Assembly: GCA_963667035.1 (NCBI GenBank)
Contig: OY762964.1
Coordinates: forward strand, 2,144,001 to 2,208,000
Direction of reading: 5' to 3'
Origin: Candidatus Cloacimonadales bacterium
GTDB lineage: Bacteria; Cloacimonadota; Cloacimonadia; Cloacimonadales; JAFGVF01
Length of the DNA stretch: 64,000 bases
Below the pieces are notes generated by a model, which did no database searches, was not told the DNA's origin, and saw nothing but the letters and a program-made list of their open reading frames with translations. Of the stretch, positions 31,093 to 40,260 are shown piece by piece. The position numbers were made by a program, and so were the translations under genes. Numbering within the stretch: the first letter of the stretch is position 1; each line of letters begins with the position of its first letter.

Positions 31093-31824
31093 TTATTCTT
31101 CAATAAATCCTTTTACTTCCCCTCCGGGGATTTTCTTTAGTTTAAAGTCATCATTTACATCCCTCATGACTCCGGGCTCTATCTCAGCTTTATCAGTATA
31201 GCCTCGCTTTTCCCAAAAACCGGGAATGTAATACTCCATTATTTCAATCTTAACAACGCTTTTAGCAGATTTATAACCCCATAAGTAAGGGACAAAAGCT
31301 CTTACCGGTCCACCGTAGTCCTCAGAAAGAAGATTACCGTTGAACTCCCATGCCAAGAGTGTATTCTCTTTCATAGCAATATCAATTGGGATAGAAGTAT
31401 CGTAAATCATTCCATGTGACCAAAAGCGTATGTATTTTGCTTTATCATTAACTTGAACTGCATCCAGTATATCAGATAGTTTGACTCCCGACCAATCACC
31501 CTTTACAGACCATCGGGTAACACTTGTTAGCCTTGAATCCGCAGTAGATTTGTCCATTGCCATTAAATCGGACCAAGAGAAAGTCTTTGGGTTATCACAC
31601 GCACCCGTAACTTCAATTGTCCAATTCTCTCTATCCAGTTCACCCGGATGTCCTTCAGCCCAAAAGATAGGAGCTTCATACTCCTCTAACGATTTATGTG
31701 ATTTCTCATTTGTCTCTACTAAGTTCATATCTTTGTCTTTATCAATCCCTTTACAACTAAAAGTGATAAGTATTAAAATTATAGTTAATATTTTAGAATT
31801 CGTCGAAATGATTGAATTCTGCAT
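31093..31824 (-). CDS. Sulfite-oxidase-family (MsrP/YuiH-like) molybdopterin-domain protein, possible lipoprotein
   Basis: WSGVKLSD, YGGPVR, WGYKSAKSV, GFWEKRGY; N-terminal LILITFSC. Confidence 0.8.
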   Translation of the reverse strand: MQNSIISTNSKILTIILILITFSCKGIDKDKDMNLVETNEKSHKSLEEYEAPIFWAEGHPGELDRENWTIEVTGACDNPKTFSWSDLMAMDKSTADSRLTSVTRWSVKGDWSGVKLSDILDAVQVNDKAKYIRFWSHGMIYDTSIPIDIAMKENTLLAWEFNGNLLSEDYGGPVRAFVPYLWGYKSAKSVVKIEIMEYYIPGFWEKRGYTDKAEIEPGVMRDVNDDFKLKKIPGGEVKGFIEE

Positions 31825-32296
31825 TTTCTATCCATTGCTCGGTATTTAGAAGCATCTCTACTAGATTCTCAAGTATAAGTATATGTTTCTCTTTTTCTTT
31901 AACTATCTTCTTAAGAACTTGCTTTCTTTCGTCATCATCACTACCGAGATGCTCCTCTTTTGAGAGTCTTAAGATTTCTCTTTGCTTCTCCAAGGCACTC
32001 TGGTAAAAACTGATTTGTCTGATTGAACAATCAAAGTTCTCAAGATGGGTCTTAAACTTCTCGAAGATACGTTTCGTATCTTTCATGCAAGTCTGAGTTT
32101 CACATGAGATGTCTATCTTCTTTCCCGAATCTACAAGCTTCATATTCTCGTAAGCCAGGATTATCTTCTTCTGATCATTTGCCAGCATTGATAATATATG
32201 AGAAATGCCGGGAGAGCTTTTACACTTATTGAATAAACTGAGATAGTATTTCTCCGTTTCCTTTTCCAATTCAATGACTCTATCATAAACATTCAT
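31793..32296 (-). CDS. Ferritin-like/rubrerythrin-family protein (degenerate)
   Basis: IELEKETEKYY, KEKEKH, NAEFNH. Confidence 0.65.
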   Translation of the reverse strand: MNVYDRVIELEKETEKYYLSLFNKCKSSPGISHILSMLANDQKKIILAYENMKLVDSGKKIDISCETQTCMKDTKRIFEKFKTHLENFDCSIRQISFYQSALEKQREILRLSKEEHLGSDDDERKQVLKKIVKEKEKHILILENLVEMLLNTEQWIENAEFNHFDEF

Positions 32297-32472
32297 TCTA
32301 CAATACCTCCAAATGTTATATATTTTACAGTATAAACTGAATACTTACAATCACTAATAATTTCTTGAAAAACTGTTTTCTTTAATGATAGCAAAATAAT
32401 TGTTATTTATCCTTGCAGATATATGAAGAATGTTTAATATATAAATAACACTTAGATATCAAGGGGAACAAA

Positions 32473-32940
32473 ATGACGAGGAAAGACATACTAGTATTAG
32501 CCATGGGGAATGAGATTAAATCTTCAAACTTTTACCAGAAACTGGCTGATATATCCACCATGCAGGATATTAAATCAACTTTCGAGAGACTTGCACAATT
32601 CGAACATAATCATCTTGAAAAGCTAAAAAAGATTTATCTCAAAGAATACCCCGAACTGACAGTTATGAATATCACTGAAAATGACCAATTCAATGGAAGA
32701 GCAACCTTTCATGATTCAGCGGATGTTCTAAGGTATGGAATGAAAATAGAAGCTGATATGCAAAGAAGCTATCGCGAATTAGCTGAAAATTATAAAGGGC
32801 AGGAAGAAGAGAAGATTTTTCTTGAATTAGCTAAAGAGGAAAATTATCATGAAGAAGTACTTGAAGGTGAGCTACAAAAACTTCAAGGTGCCTATACTTG
32901 GTTTGATCTATCCGAGCTAAATGGAAAGATGGATGATTAA
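32473..32940 (+). CDS. Ferritin-like/rubrerythrin diiron protein
   Basis: E..S..FY, EHNH, EENYH. Confidence 0.75.
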   Translation: MTRKDILVLAMGNEIKSSNFYQKLADISTMQDIKSTFERLAQFEHNHLEKLKKIYLKEYPELTVMNITENDQFNGRATFHDSADVLRYGMKIEADMQRSYRELAENYKGQEEEKIFLELAKEENYHEEVLEGELQKLQGAYTWFDLSELNGKMDD

Positions 32941-33331
32941 AGGGACTCTGCATCACATTGAGATTTATGTAAATGATTTAAAAGCCACTAAATCATTCTG
33001 GTCTTGGTTTCTAACCAGGCTTCAATACAAGCTTTATCAGGATTGGGAAACCGGTTTCAGTTTTATCTTAGGAGACACATACATCGTCTTTGTTCAAACT
33101 GAAGAGAAGTACAGAGATAATCAATATCACAGATGCTATCCCGGACTGAATCATATTGCCTTTCATGTTCCGGAGAGAAAAGATATTGATGAGCTGACAA
33201 ACGAAATTCGTGAAAAGGGCATGACAATACTTTATGAGGACAAACATCCTCATGCCGGTGGCAAAACCTATTATGCTCTCTACTTTGAGGATCCTAATCG
33301 GATTAAAGTTGAATTAGTCGCATCCCAATAG
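32933..33331 (+). CDS. VOC/glyoxalase family protein
   Basis: LHHIEIYV, GLNHIAF, FEDPNRIKVE. Confidence 0.9.
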   Translation: MIKGTLHHIEIYVNDLKATKSFWSWFLTRLQYKLYQDWETGFSFILGDTYIVFVQTEEKYRDNQYHRCYPGLNHIAFHVPERKDIDELTNEIREKGMTILYEDKHPHAGGKTYYALYFEDPNRIKVELVASQ

Positions 33332-33352
33332 AGACTAAAAAGAATATCTAAT

Positions 33353-33390
33353 TAACTGTAAGTGCTTCTGTTATCACTTACAGTTATTTT
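33353..33390 (+). terminator. Terminator
   Basis: TAACTGTAAGTG-N10-CACTTACAGTTA followed by T-tract. Confidence 0.7.
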
Positions 33391-33452
33391 TGTTTTGACA
33401 GATTTCCAGAATAAAAAATTTTGGGTCAAAGAATAATATTACGGAGGATATA

Positions 33453-34202
33453 ATGGAAATTTTCGAAACTCATGCTCACCTTGATTTACCGGATTTCGAA
33501 GATGATAGAGAAGAGATTATAGAGGGCTGCCTTGAGTCGGGAATTACACGAATTATAAATATAGGTTTTAATAGAGAAACATCAGAGAACTCAATAAAAT
33601 TAGCTGAGAAGTACTCATTTATTTATGCTACCGTTGGATTCCATCCCCATGAAGCATCTGATTATGATGCTGAAGCAATTAAAGAATTAGCACGGAACGA
33701 AAGAGTAGTTGCTATTGGTGAAATCGGACTGGATTATTTTAGAAATATATCTCCCAGACACATCCAGAGAAAGGCCTTTGAAGAACAGATCCTTCTGGCC
33801 CAAGAATATGATTTACCAATTCTTATTCATAACCGTGACTCTCATGAAGACTGTATGGAAATCTTAAAGGAAACTAAAGCAAAGAACGTTTTGTTCCATT
33901 GTTTCAGTGGTGATGTGATTTTTGCCGAAGAAGTTTTAAACCAAGGCTGGAAAATGGCTTTTGGTGGTAACATCACGTTTAAAAAGAGTAATCTTGGTGA
34001 TGTAATCAGAATGGTTCCAAACGATGCATTCATGGTAGAGACAGACTCTCCTTATCTTGCCCCTGTTCCCCACCGTGGTGAACGTAATGATCCTACATAC
34101 TTACCTTACATAGTACAAAAAATAGCCGAGATTAGAGGACAGTCACCTAAGCAGATTGCAGAAATGACTTATCTAAACGCAAACAAATTCTTTAGATTAT
34201 AA
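33453..34202 (+). CDS. tatD: TatD-family hydrolase
   Basis: THAH, GFHPH, GEIGLDY, HCFSG, ETDSPYL. Confidence 0.93.
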   Translation: MEIFETHAHLDLPDFEDDREEIIEGCLESGITRIINIGFNRETSENSIKLAEKYSFIYATVGFHPHEASDYDAEAIKELARNERVVAIGEIGLDYFRNISPRHIQRKAFEEQILLAQEYDLPILIHNRDSHEDCMEILKETKAKNVLFHCFSGDVIFAEEVLNQGWKMAFGGNITFKKSNLGDVIRMVPNDAFMVETDSPYLAPVPHRGERNDPTYLPYIVQKIAEIRGQSPKQIAEMTYLNANKFFRL

Positions 34203-34225
34203 TTTTCTATGTGGTAATATAAAAA

Positions 34226-34259
34226 AGAAGGAAGTCGGTACATGTACCGACTTCCTTCC
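34226..34259. repeat. IS target palindrome / target duplication, copy 1 of 3 (others 35233-35264 and 36928-36959)
   Basis: AAGGAAGTCGGTACATGTACCGACTTCCTT is a perfect 30-bp palindrome abutting every IS end. Confidence 0.9.
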
Positions 34260-35232
34260 CAGACTGTTGACAAAGCTATGAGTAAGATTTCATGGCTTTG
34301 TCTTTTTTTAGCTTAAAATAAGAATATCAATCATTGACAAAAACCCCCTTAGATTATACTTAAACCATCATAATTAGAGGTGGTTATGCTTAAAAAAGTT
34401 TCTGACACACAGTCCCAAATGGAGTTTGTAATAATAGATGATTTAGTACCGGTAGATCACATACTAAGGAAAATCGATAGCGTAATTGATTTTTCATTCA
34501 TTTTAGATAGAACAGCGCATTTGTATTGTTCTACTACCGGTCGTCCTCCAATTCATCCTATTACTCTTTTCAAAATGCTTTTTATTGGCTATCTATTCGG
34601 TATTCGCTCGGAAAGACAATTGGTCAAAGAGATAGAGGTCAATGTGGCTTATCGTTGGTTCTTAGGCTTTGGACTAACTGATAAAGTACCTCATCACTCA
34701 GTCTTCAGTCAAAATCGTAGAAGGCGATTTAATGATAGCAGCGTATTCGAAGAGATTTTTATAGATATAGTGAAGTTAGGCATTAAACATGGATTAGTTG
34801 ATGGAAAGATACTTTATAGCGACTCAACCCATCTAAAGGCAAATGCTAATAAAGGTAAATTCGAGGATATTGAAGTTGAGGTATCCTCCAAGAGTTACTT
34901 GGAAGATCTTAACACAAGCGTTGATGAAGATCGGAAGGCTCATGGTAAGAAACCTTTACCTCCTAAGGATAACAATCTTAAAGGAGGAGCATCACCTAAA
35001 GTAAAAAATATCAAGTCTAGCACAACAGATCCCGATAGTGGCTTTATGACCCGTGAAGGTAAATTAGGGAAATTAATAGCAAAATTTATCATCAATTACA
35101 TGATTTTCAACTCCAATTTACACGAAAATAGAGCTAAATCTCGCATGTTTAGGTTTGGGCTCAGTTAAAATGAAGAAAAATGACTTTCAACAATATATCC
35201 ATGTAAATTAGAATGTTTTTGTCAACAATCTG
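34260..35232 (+). mobile_element. IS1182-family element, internally deleted copy
   Basis: IRs CAGACTGTTGACAAA / TTTGTCAACAATCTG; 690 bp shorter than copy 2. Confidence 0.9.
34380..35168 (+). pseudogene. IS1182 transposase with in-frame 230-aa deletion
   Basis: Matches the 492-aa ORF up to DSGFMTR, then joins GKLGKLIAK C-terminus. Confidence 0.85.
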
Positions 35233-35264
35233 AGAAGGAAGTCGGTACATGTACTGACTTCCTT

Positions 35265-36927
35265 CAGACTGTTGACAAAGCTATGAGTAAGATTTCATAG
35301 CTTTGTCTTTTTTTAGCTTAAAATAAGAATATCAATCATTGACAAAAACCCCCTTAGATTATACTTAAACCATCATAATTAGAGGTGGTTATGCTTAAAA
35401 AAGTTTCTGACACACAGTCCCAAATGGAGTTTGTAATAATAGATGATTTAGTACCGGTAGATCACATACTAAGGAAAATCGATAGCGTAATAGATTTTTC
35501 ATTCATTTTAGATAGAACAGCGCATTTGTATTGTTCTACTACCGGTCGTCCTCCAATTCATCCTATTACTCTTTTCAAAATGCTTTTTATTGGCTATCTA
35601 TTCGGTATTCGCTCGGAAAGACAATTGGTCAAAGAGATTGAGGTCAATGTGGCTTATCGTTGGTTCTTAGGCTTTGGACTAACTGATAAAGTACCTCATC
35701 ACTCAGTCTTCAGTCAAAATCGTAGAAGGCGATTTAATGATAGCAGCGTATTCGAAGAGATTTTTATAGATATAGTGAAGTTAGGCATTAAACATGGATT
35801 AGTTGATGGGAAGATACTTTATAGCGACTCAACCCATCTAAAGGCAAATGCTAATAAAGGTAAATTCGAGGATATTGAAGTTGAGGTATCCTCCAAGAGT
35901 TACTTGGAAGATCTTAACACAAGCGTTGATGAAGATCGGAAGGCTCATGGTAAGAAACCTTTACCTCCTAAGGATAACAATCTTAAAGGAGGAGCATCAC
36001 CTAAAGTAAAAAATATCAAGTCTAGCACAACAGATCCCGATAGTGGTTTTATGACCCGTGATAGAAAGCCTCAAGGCTTCTTCTACTTAGATCATAGGAC
36101 AGTCGACCATAAAACGAACTATATAACCGATGTTCACATTACTCCCGGCAATGTAAATGATAGCACCTGCTATATTGACAGGTTACAGTTCCAACAAAAG
36201 GTTTATGGTTTTAATGTTCAGGCAGTAGGGCTTGATTCAGGATATGATACAATTAACATTTGTAAGCAACTGGTAGATATGAATATTATGGGAGTCCTTG
36301 GCTACAAAAGACAGGGAGGTAAGAAAGGTCTATTTAAAAAGAACAAATTTACATATAATTCCCGGAAGGATGTTTACATTTGTCCATGTAATAAAGAGTT
36401 AAATTATAGAACAACGAGCCGTGATGGCTATAAAGAATACAAGTCGAATCCTAGTGAATGCAAGAATTGTCCAATGCTAAGTAAATGTACAGAAAGTAAG
36501 TCTTCTCAAAAAGTAATCACTCGTCATGTCTGGGAAGAGAGCAAAGAGATAATCCACAAGAATAGGTTAACATTATGTGGGAAAGAGATATACAAGAGGA
36601 GAAAAGAAACCATTGAGAGAAGCTTTGCCAATGCAAAGCAACTTCATGGCTACCGATATGCAAAATATCGAGGAATAGAGCGAGTTCGAGAACAAGCTTA
36701 TCTAACAGCTATCGTGCAAAATATCAAGAAACTCGTAAAATACCTTTTCAAAGGTAAATTAGGGAAATTAATAGCAAAATTTATCATCAATTACATGATT
36801 TTCAACTCCAATTTACACGAAAATAGAGCTAAATCTCGCATGTTTAGGTTTGGGCTCAGTTAAAATGAAGAAAAATGACTTTCAACAATATATCCATGTA
36901 AATTAGAATGTTTTTGTCAACAGTCTG
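35265..36927 (+). mobile_element. IS1182-family element, full length (1663 bp)
   Basis: Perfect IRs CAGACTGTTGACAAA / TTTGTCAACAGTCTG. Confidence 0.93.
35385..36863 (+). CDS. IS1182-family DDE transposase
   Basis: GRPPIHP, SERQL, DSTHLKANA, LDSGY, Cys-rich insert, RRKETIERSFA. Confidence 0.93.
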   Translation: MVMLKKVSDTQSQMEFVIIDDLVPVDHILRKIDSVIDFSFILDRTAHLYCSTTGRPPIHPITLFKMLFIGYLFGIRSERQLVKEIEVNVAYRWFLGFGLTDKVPHHSVFSQNRRRRFNDSSVFEEIFIDIVKLGIKHGLVDGKILYSDSTHLKANANKGKFEDIEVEVSSKSYLEDLNTSVDEDRKAHGKKPLPPKDNNLKGGASPKVKNIKSSTTDPDSGFMTRDRKPQGFFYLDHRTVDHKTNYITDVHITPGNVNDSTCYIDRLQFQQKVYGFNVQAVGLDSGYDTINICKQLVDMNIMGVLGYKRQGGKKGLFKKNKFTYNSRKDVYICPCNKELNYRTTSRDGYKEYKSNPSECKNCPMLSKCTESKSSQKVITRHVWEESKEIIHKNRLTLCGKEIYKRRKETIERSFANAKQLHGYRYAKYRGIERVREQAYLTAIVQNIKKLVKYLFKGKLGKLIAKFIINYMIFNSNLHENRAKSRMFRFGLS

Positions 36928-36977
36928 AAGGAAGTCGGTACATGTACCGACTTCCTTCCATATATGACCAAAGCTGG

Positions 36978-39900
36978 TTATTTCATTAGTAACATCTTGT
37001 TTACTTGTTTATCTTTACCATTCTCAAATTTGCAATAATAAATCCCTGAAGCTTGTCTCTTACCATTTGAATCAAGACCGTTCCAGACGACACTGTGAAC
37101 GCCTATAGACATCTGAGTATCAACTATCCTGTTAACAAGCTGTCCTCTAACATTATAGATTGAGACTTCAGTCTTGCTATCAGGATTCTTAACTTGGAAT
37201 AGTATTGTTGTTTCTGGATTGAAAGGATTAGGATAGTTTTTAAGCTTCTGACTTACAACTGCAATTGTTTCACTTTCAGCATCTTGAGGTTCAATAACCC
37301 CAAACCAAACAAGAGCATCTGACATCATTTGGATTCTTGTATCACTATCTGTTATCTGAGATAAATCAAAACTCATATAATATCCCTTATAAATCTGATT
37401 ATCAATCCATGTAGCACAAACTCCATGATACAGATAAGCCTGACCATTAACAGGTCCGTCTTCGAACATAAAGCTATTAATAGAACCTATCTCGGGATTT
37501 TGTACTTCATCTGCGTACCAATTAGGACAGGCATCATTTCGGAAGATACAATCGGGCGAGTTTGCATAAACATTAACCTCTTCGCCAGTAACTCCTACAG
37601 GTGAGCCGTTTACAGCAACGATAGTACCGTCATTGTATCCGAGTCCTTCAGGTCCAGCTAATCCGTTGCTTCCTCCACCTATTGTTGTTCCTACATAGTT
37701 TGTACGGAAGTAAGCATTGAAAAGTTTCTTCATCGGTTCATCATTAGAATAACCCGATTGGGTGTAAGCCCAGTTATCGGAAGAGAAGAACACATTCTTT
37801 GGATTGGCATTATCACCGTTATCCATGAAGTTCATTAAAGCAATACTGAATGAATCGGAATAATCGGTATGTGAAGAAGAATTTGAATAACAAACAACTG
37901 CATCATATTGCAACGGTATCTCATAATCAGAATGCTCCTGCCAATTGAAGATATCGTAGTTCACATTTAATGTATCCAATACATTCTGATATATATCGAA
38001 CTCAATCTGTTGATAATCCTGATTAGCAGAGTACATAAGGAGTACATTACTATCCGCAAATGGAAGAATTCCAAAACTATATACTTCGGTAGGAGCATTC
38101 TCAGGAAGCACTGAAGAGTTATTCATTGAGTCAGTTGCTTGAAAATAGTATTCAAAAGTTATCCCTGTACTAAGATTTTCAATATTGAAAGTATATTCAT
38201 TACCTTCTCGAGAATCATAATCCATTGATTCCCATCCGGAACCAGTATTGTACATGAGTGTTACGCTATCCATCTCTGACATATCGGTTACAGAGGCTGT
38301 GATAACAGGTGATGTTGAGAAAGTATTTCCAATCTCTTCATGGGATATGAACGGTCCGTTAACATCTGCACCGGGATAGAAGCTTATAGCCAGATTGTTG
38401 TGTAACATATTCCCTTCAGGAGTTACTCCAACCCATGTGCTTCCCTGAACAAGTTCTCTAAGATAGCATAAGCCCATTTCTGCGGTACTATTCTGTATAG
38501 CTACAGTTGAACTCTGTCCATAATCATGAGGTGCGTTTGTTCCTGTTTGTCCTGTAGCTGCATTCAAATACTGCATAAGGATTTCACCTGATTCGTACAA
38601 CACAACTTCAAAGTTAAGATATTGCTGTAAATCCTGTCCGGAATGGAATCTGAAGTCATGCCATTGAATAACGCAATATCTGTCAGGTTCAGAGCCAAAT
38701 GTTTGGTAGAAGATATCACCAATGCTCTGATCAGCTTCAAGGTCGTCCCAATATACCGCTATTAAACCCGGCATCTGTGTATATCCCGGTATCGGATACA
38801 TCCAATTAAAGACATTACCGTCACCCCCCCAACCATTGGAAGGATAATCGTTCTGCCAACTATTATCACAAAGAAGAATCTCACCGTTAGTATCAACATA
38901 GAATTCGGAGAACTGCTCACCATAGAATGGGAAGTCAAATCCTAATGATATGGACTCTGAGAAGTTATCATCGCCATTAAAGGCATCAACTCCTTCCATT
39001 ATTGCACTACTACCGGTTTGACTTATATCTATCCAGTTAAAATCAGGACCATTGGGATCTTCATTATCAATCCATTGATAACCGAAAGTATCCGGTCCAC
39101 CTGTACTAAAGTGCTCGTATACTTCTATCGAATCGCTTATCACATTGTTATCACTATTATCATCTACTAAATCAGTACTGAATGTAATGGTGTAACTACC
39201 AACAGCATTAGGTGTCCAAGAAGTAGCGAATTGATACTCAACGGTAACCATAGAGTCAATAACATCGGAGTATGTCTCTGTCTGATCATAAACAGTGGTA
39301 CTCTGCTCATCAGTAATAAGACATTGTAGATTTATATTTCCGGTAGTTGCTACATTTCCCGCATTCATGAATGTAAAAGTCAGGAATACGGTATCATTTA
39401 AATATGTTGGGAATCCTGGCTCAAGCATAGCAAGCAGAGCTATGTCATTAACAGGTGGTGGAATTACAGTTACATTCATTGTATCAAGGTATGATTCCAC
39501 ATTGTCTGTTAGCTCAAAGACCAATTCCTCTGTTCCTGCCCAATCAGAAGAGACAAGTTCAACCATATAATCCGATATGTTAACGGTAATATTTGTATTT
39601 CCTGTAACTCCAAGCGTCCATGTATCAGGTGTGGCATTCACTATATAGTTAGAGAAATCAAGGTTCACTGTTTCATTAACATCCATTTCCATAGTTTCCG
39701 GTATTGCTATCTCGGGAATCAGGTTGATGCTATTACCAACTTTGATATCATCGAGTAAAATAGCATAGTTCTCGCATTCCCAATAGAAGCCTATATAGAT
39801 TGTCTGATTAGCATAACTACTAAGGTCTATAGTTGTTTCTTGGTAACTTGATGTGATTGAATCAGTTTGAAATATGTCCGTATTGAAAGAGTTTATGGAA

Positions 39901-40241
39901 TTGTTCGTTGTTGAAACGTACACTTCCAAATTCTCTGTACTGTACCATGATCTTGCATTAAAGCTCAGGGTGTCACCTGCAGCAATCTGCACAGCAGGGG
40001 TAATCAACCAATCACTATTGTCATTTGGTAGATAGTTATCAATAAAAACAGACCAACTGCCAGAATTTGCATAGCTGGCATTTTCGTAAACTCTCCACTG
40101 ACTACCATCTTCATCATCATCGTAAATAGTCCATCCGTTAGGGACGGAACCGTTCTCAAAACCTTCATCAATTTGCCACTCCGCATTTAAGTTTAGAGTG
40201 AAAGCAATTATCAGAACAAGAAAAAGCATGATGTTTTTCAT
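36978..40241 (-). CDS. Large secreted protein: cleaved-adhesin (choice-of-anchor J)-like, Ig-like and nidogen-like domains, FlgD-Ig/CTD tail
   Basis: Signal peptide; EGFE...GWT...DWLITP; GGPDTFGYQWID; NYPNPFNPETTI...WNG...SGIYY...KMLLMK. Confidence 0.8.
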   Translation of the reverse strand: MKNIMLFLVLIIAFTLNLNAEWQIDEGFENGSVPNGWTIYDDDEDGSQWRVYENASYANSGSWSVFIDNYLPNDNSDWLITPAVQIAAGDTLSFNARSWYSTENLEVYVSTTNNSINSFNTDIFQTDSITSSYQETTIDLSSYANQTIYIGFYWECENYAILLDDIKVGNSINLIPEIAIPETMEMDVNETVNLDFSNYIVNATPDTWTLGVTGNTNITVNISDYMVELVSSDWAGTEELVFELTDNVESYLDTMNVTVIPPPVNDIALLAMLEPGFPTYLNDTVFLTFTFMNAGNVATTGNINLQCLITDEQSTTVYDQTETYSDVIDSMVTVEYQFATSWTPNAVGSYTITFSTDLVDDNSDNNVISDSIEVYEHFSTGGPDTFGYQWIDNEDPNGPDFNWIDISQTGSSAIMEGVDAFNGDDNFSESISLGFDFPFYGEQFSEFYVDTNGEILLCDNSWQNDYPSNGWGGDGNVFNWMYPIPGYTQMPGLIAVYWDDLEADQSIGDIFYQTFGSEPDRYCVIQWHDFRFHSGQDLQQYLNFEVVLYESGEILMQYLNAATGQTGTNAPHDYGQSSTVAIQNSTAEMGLCYLRELVQGSTWVGVTPEGNMLHNNLAISFYPGADVNGPFISHEEIGNTFSTSPVITASVTDMSEMDSVTLMYNTGSGWESMDYDSREGNEYTFNIENLSTGITFEYYFQATDSMNNSSVLPENAPTEVYSFGILPFADSNVLLMYSANQDYQQIEFDIYQNVLDTLNVNYDIFNWQEHSDYEIPLQYDAVVCYSNSSSHTDYSDSFSIALMNFMDNGDNANPKNVFFSSDNWAYTQSGYSNDEPMKKLFNAYFRTNYVGTTIGGGSNGLAGPEGLGYNDGTIVAVNGSPVGVTGEEVNVYANSPDCIFRNDACPNWYADEVQNPEIGSINSFMFEDGPVNGQAYLYHGVCATWIDNQIYKGYYMSFDLSQITDSDTRIQMMSDALVWFGVIEPQDAESETIAVVSQKLKNYPNPFNPETTILFQVKNPDSKTEVSIYNVRGQLVNRIVDTQMSIGVHSVVWNGLDSNGKRQASGIYYCKFENGKDKQVNKMLLMK

Positions 40242-40260
40242 GATAAAAAACCTCCCATAA

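Noticed and set aside
34226..36959. Three ~30-bp palindromic repeats as a CRISPR array
   Set aside because: Separated by whole IS copies of ~1-1.7 kb, no cas genes, fully explained as target duplications
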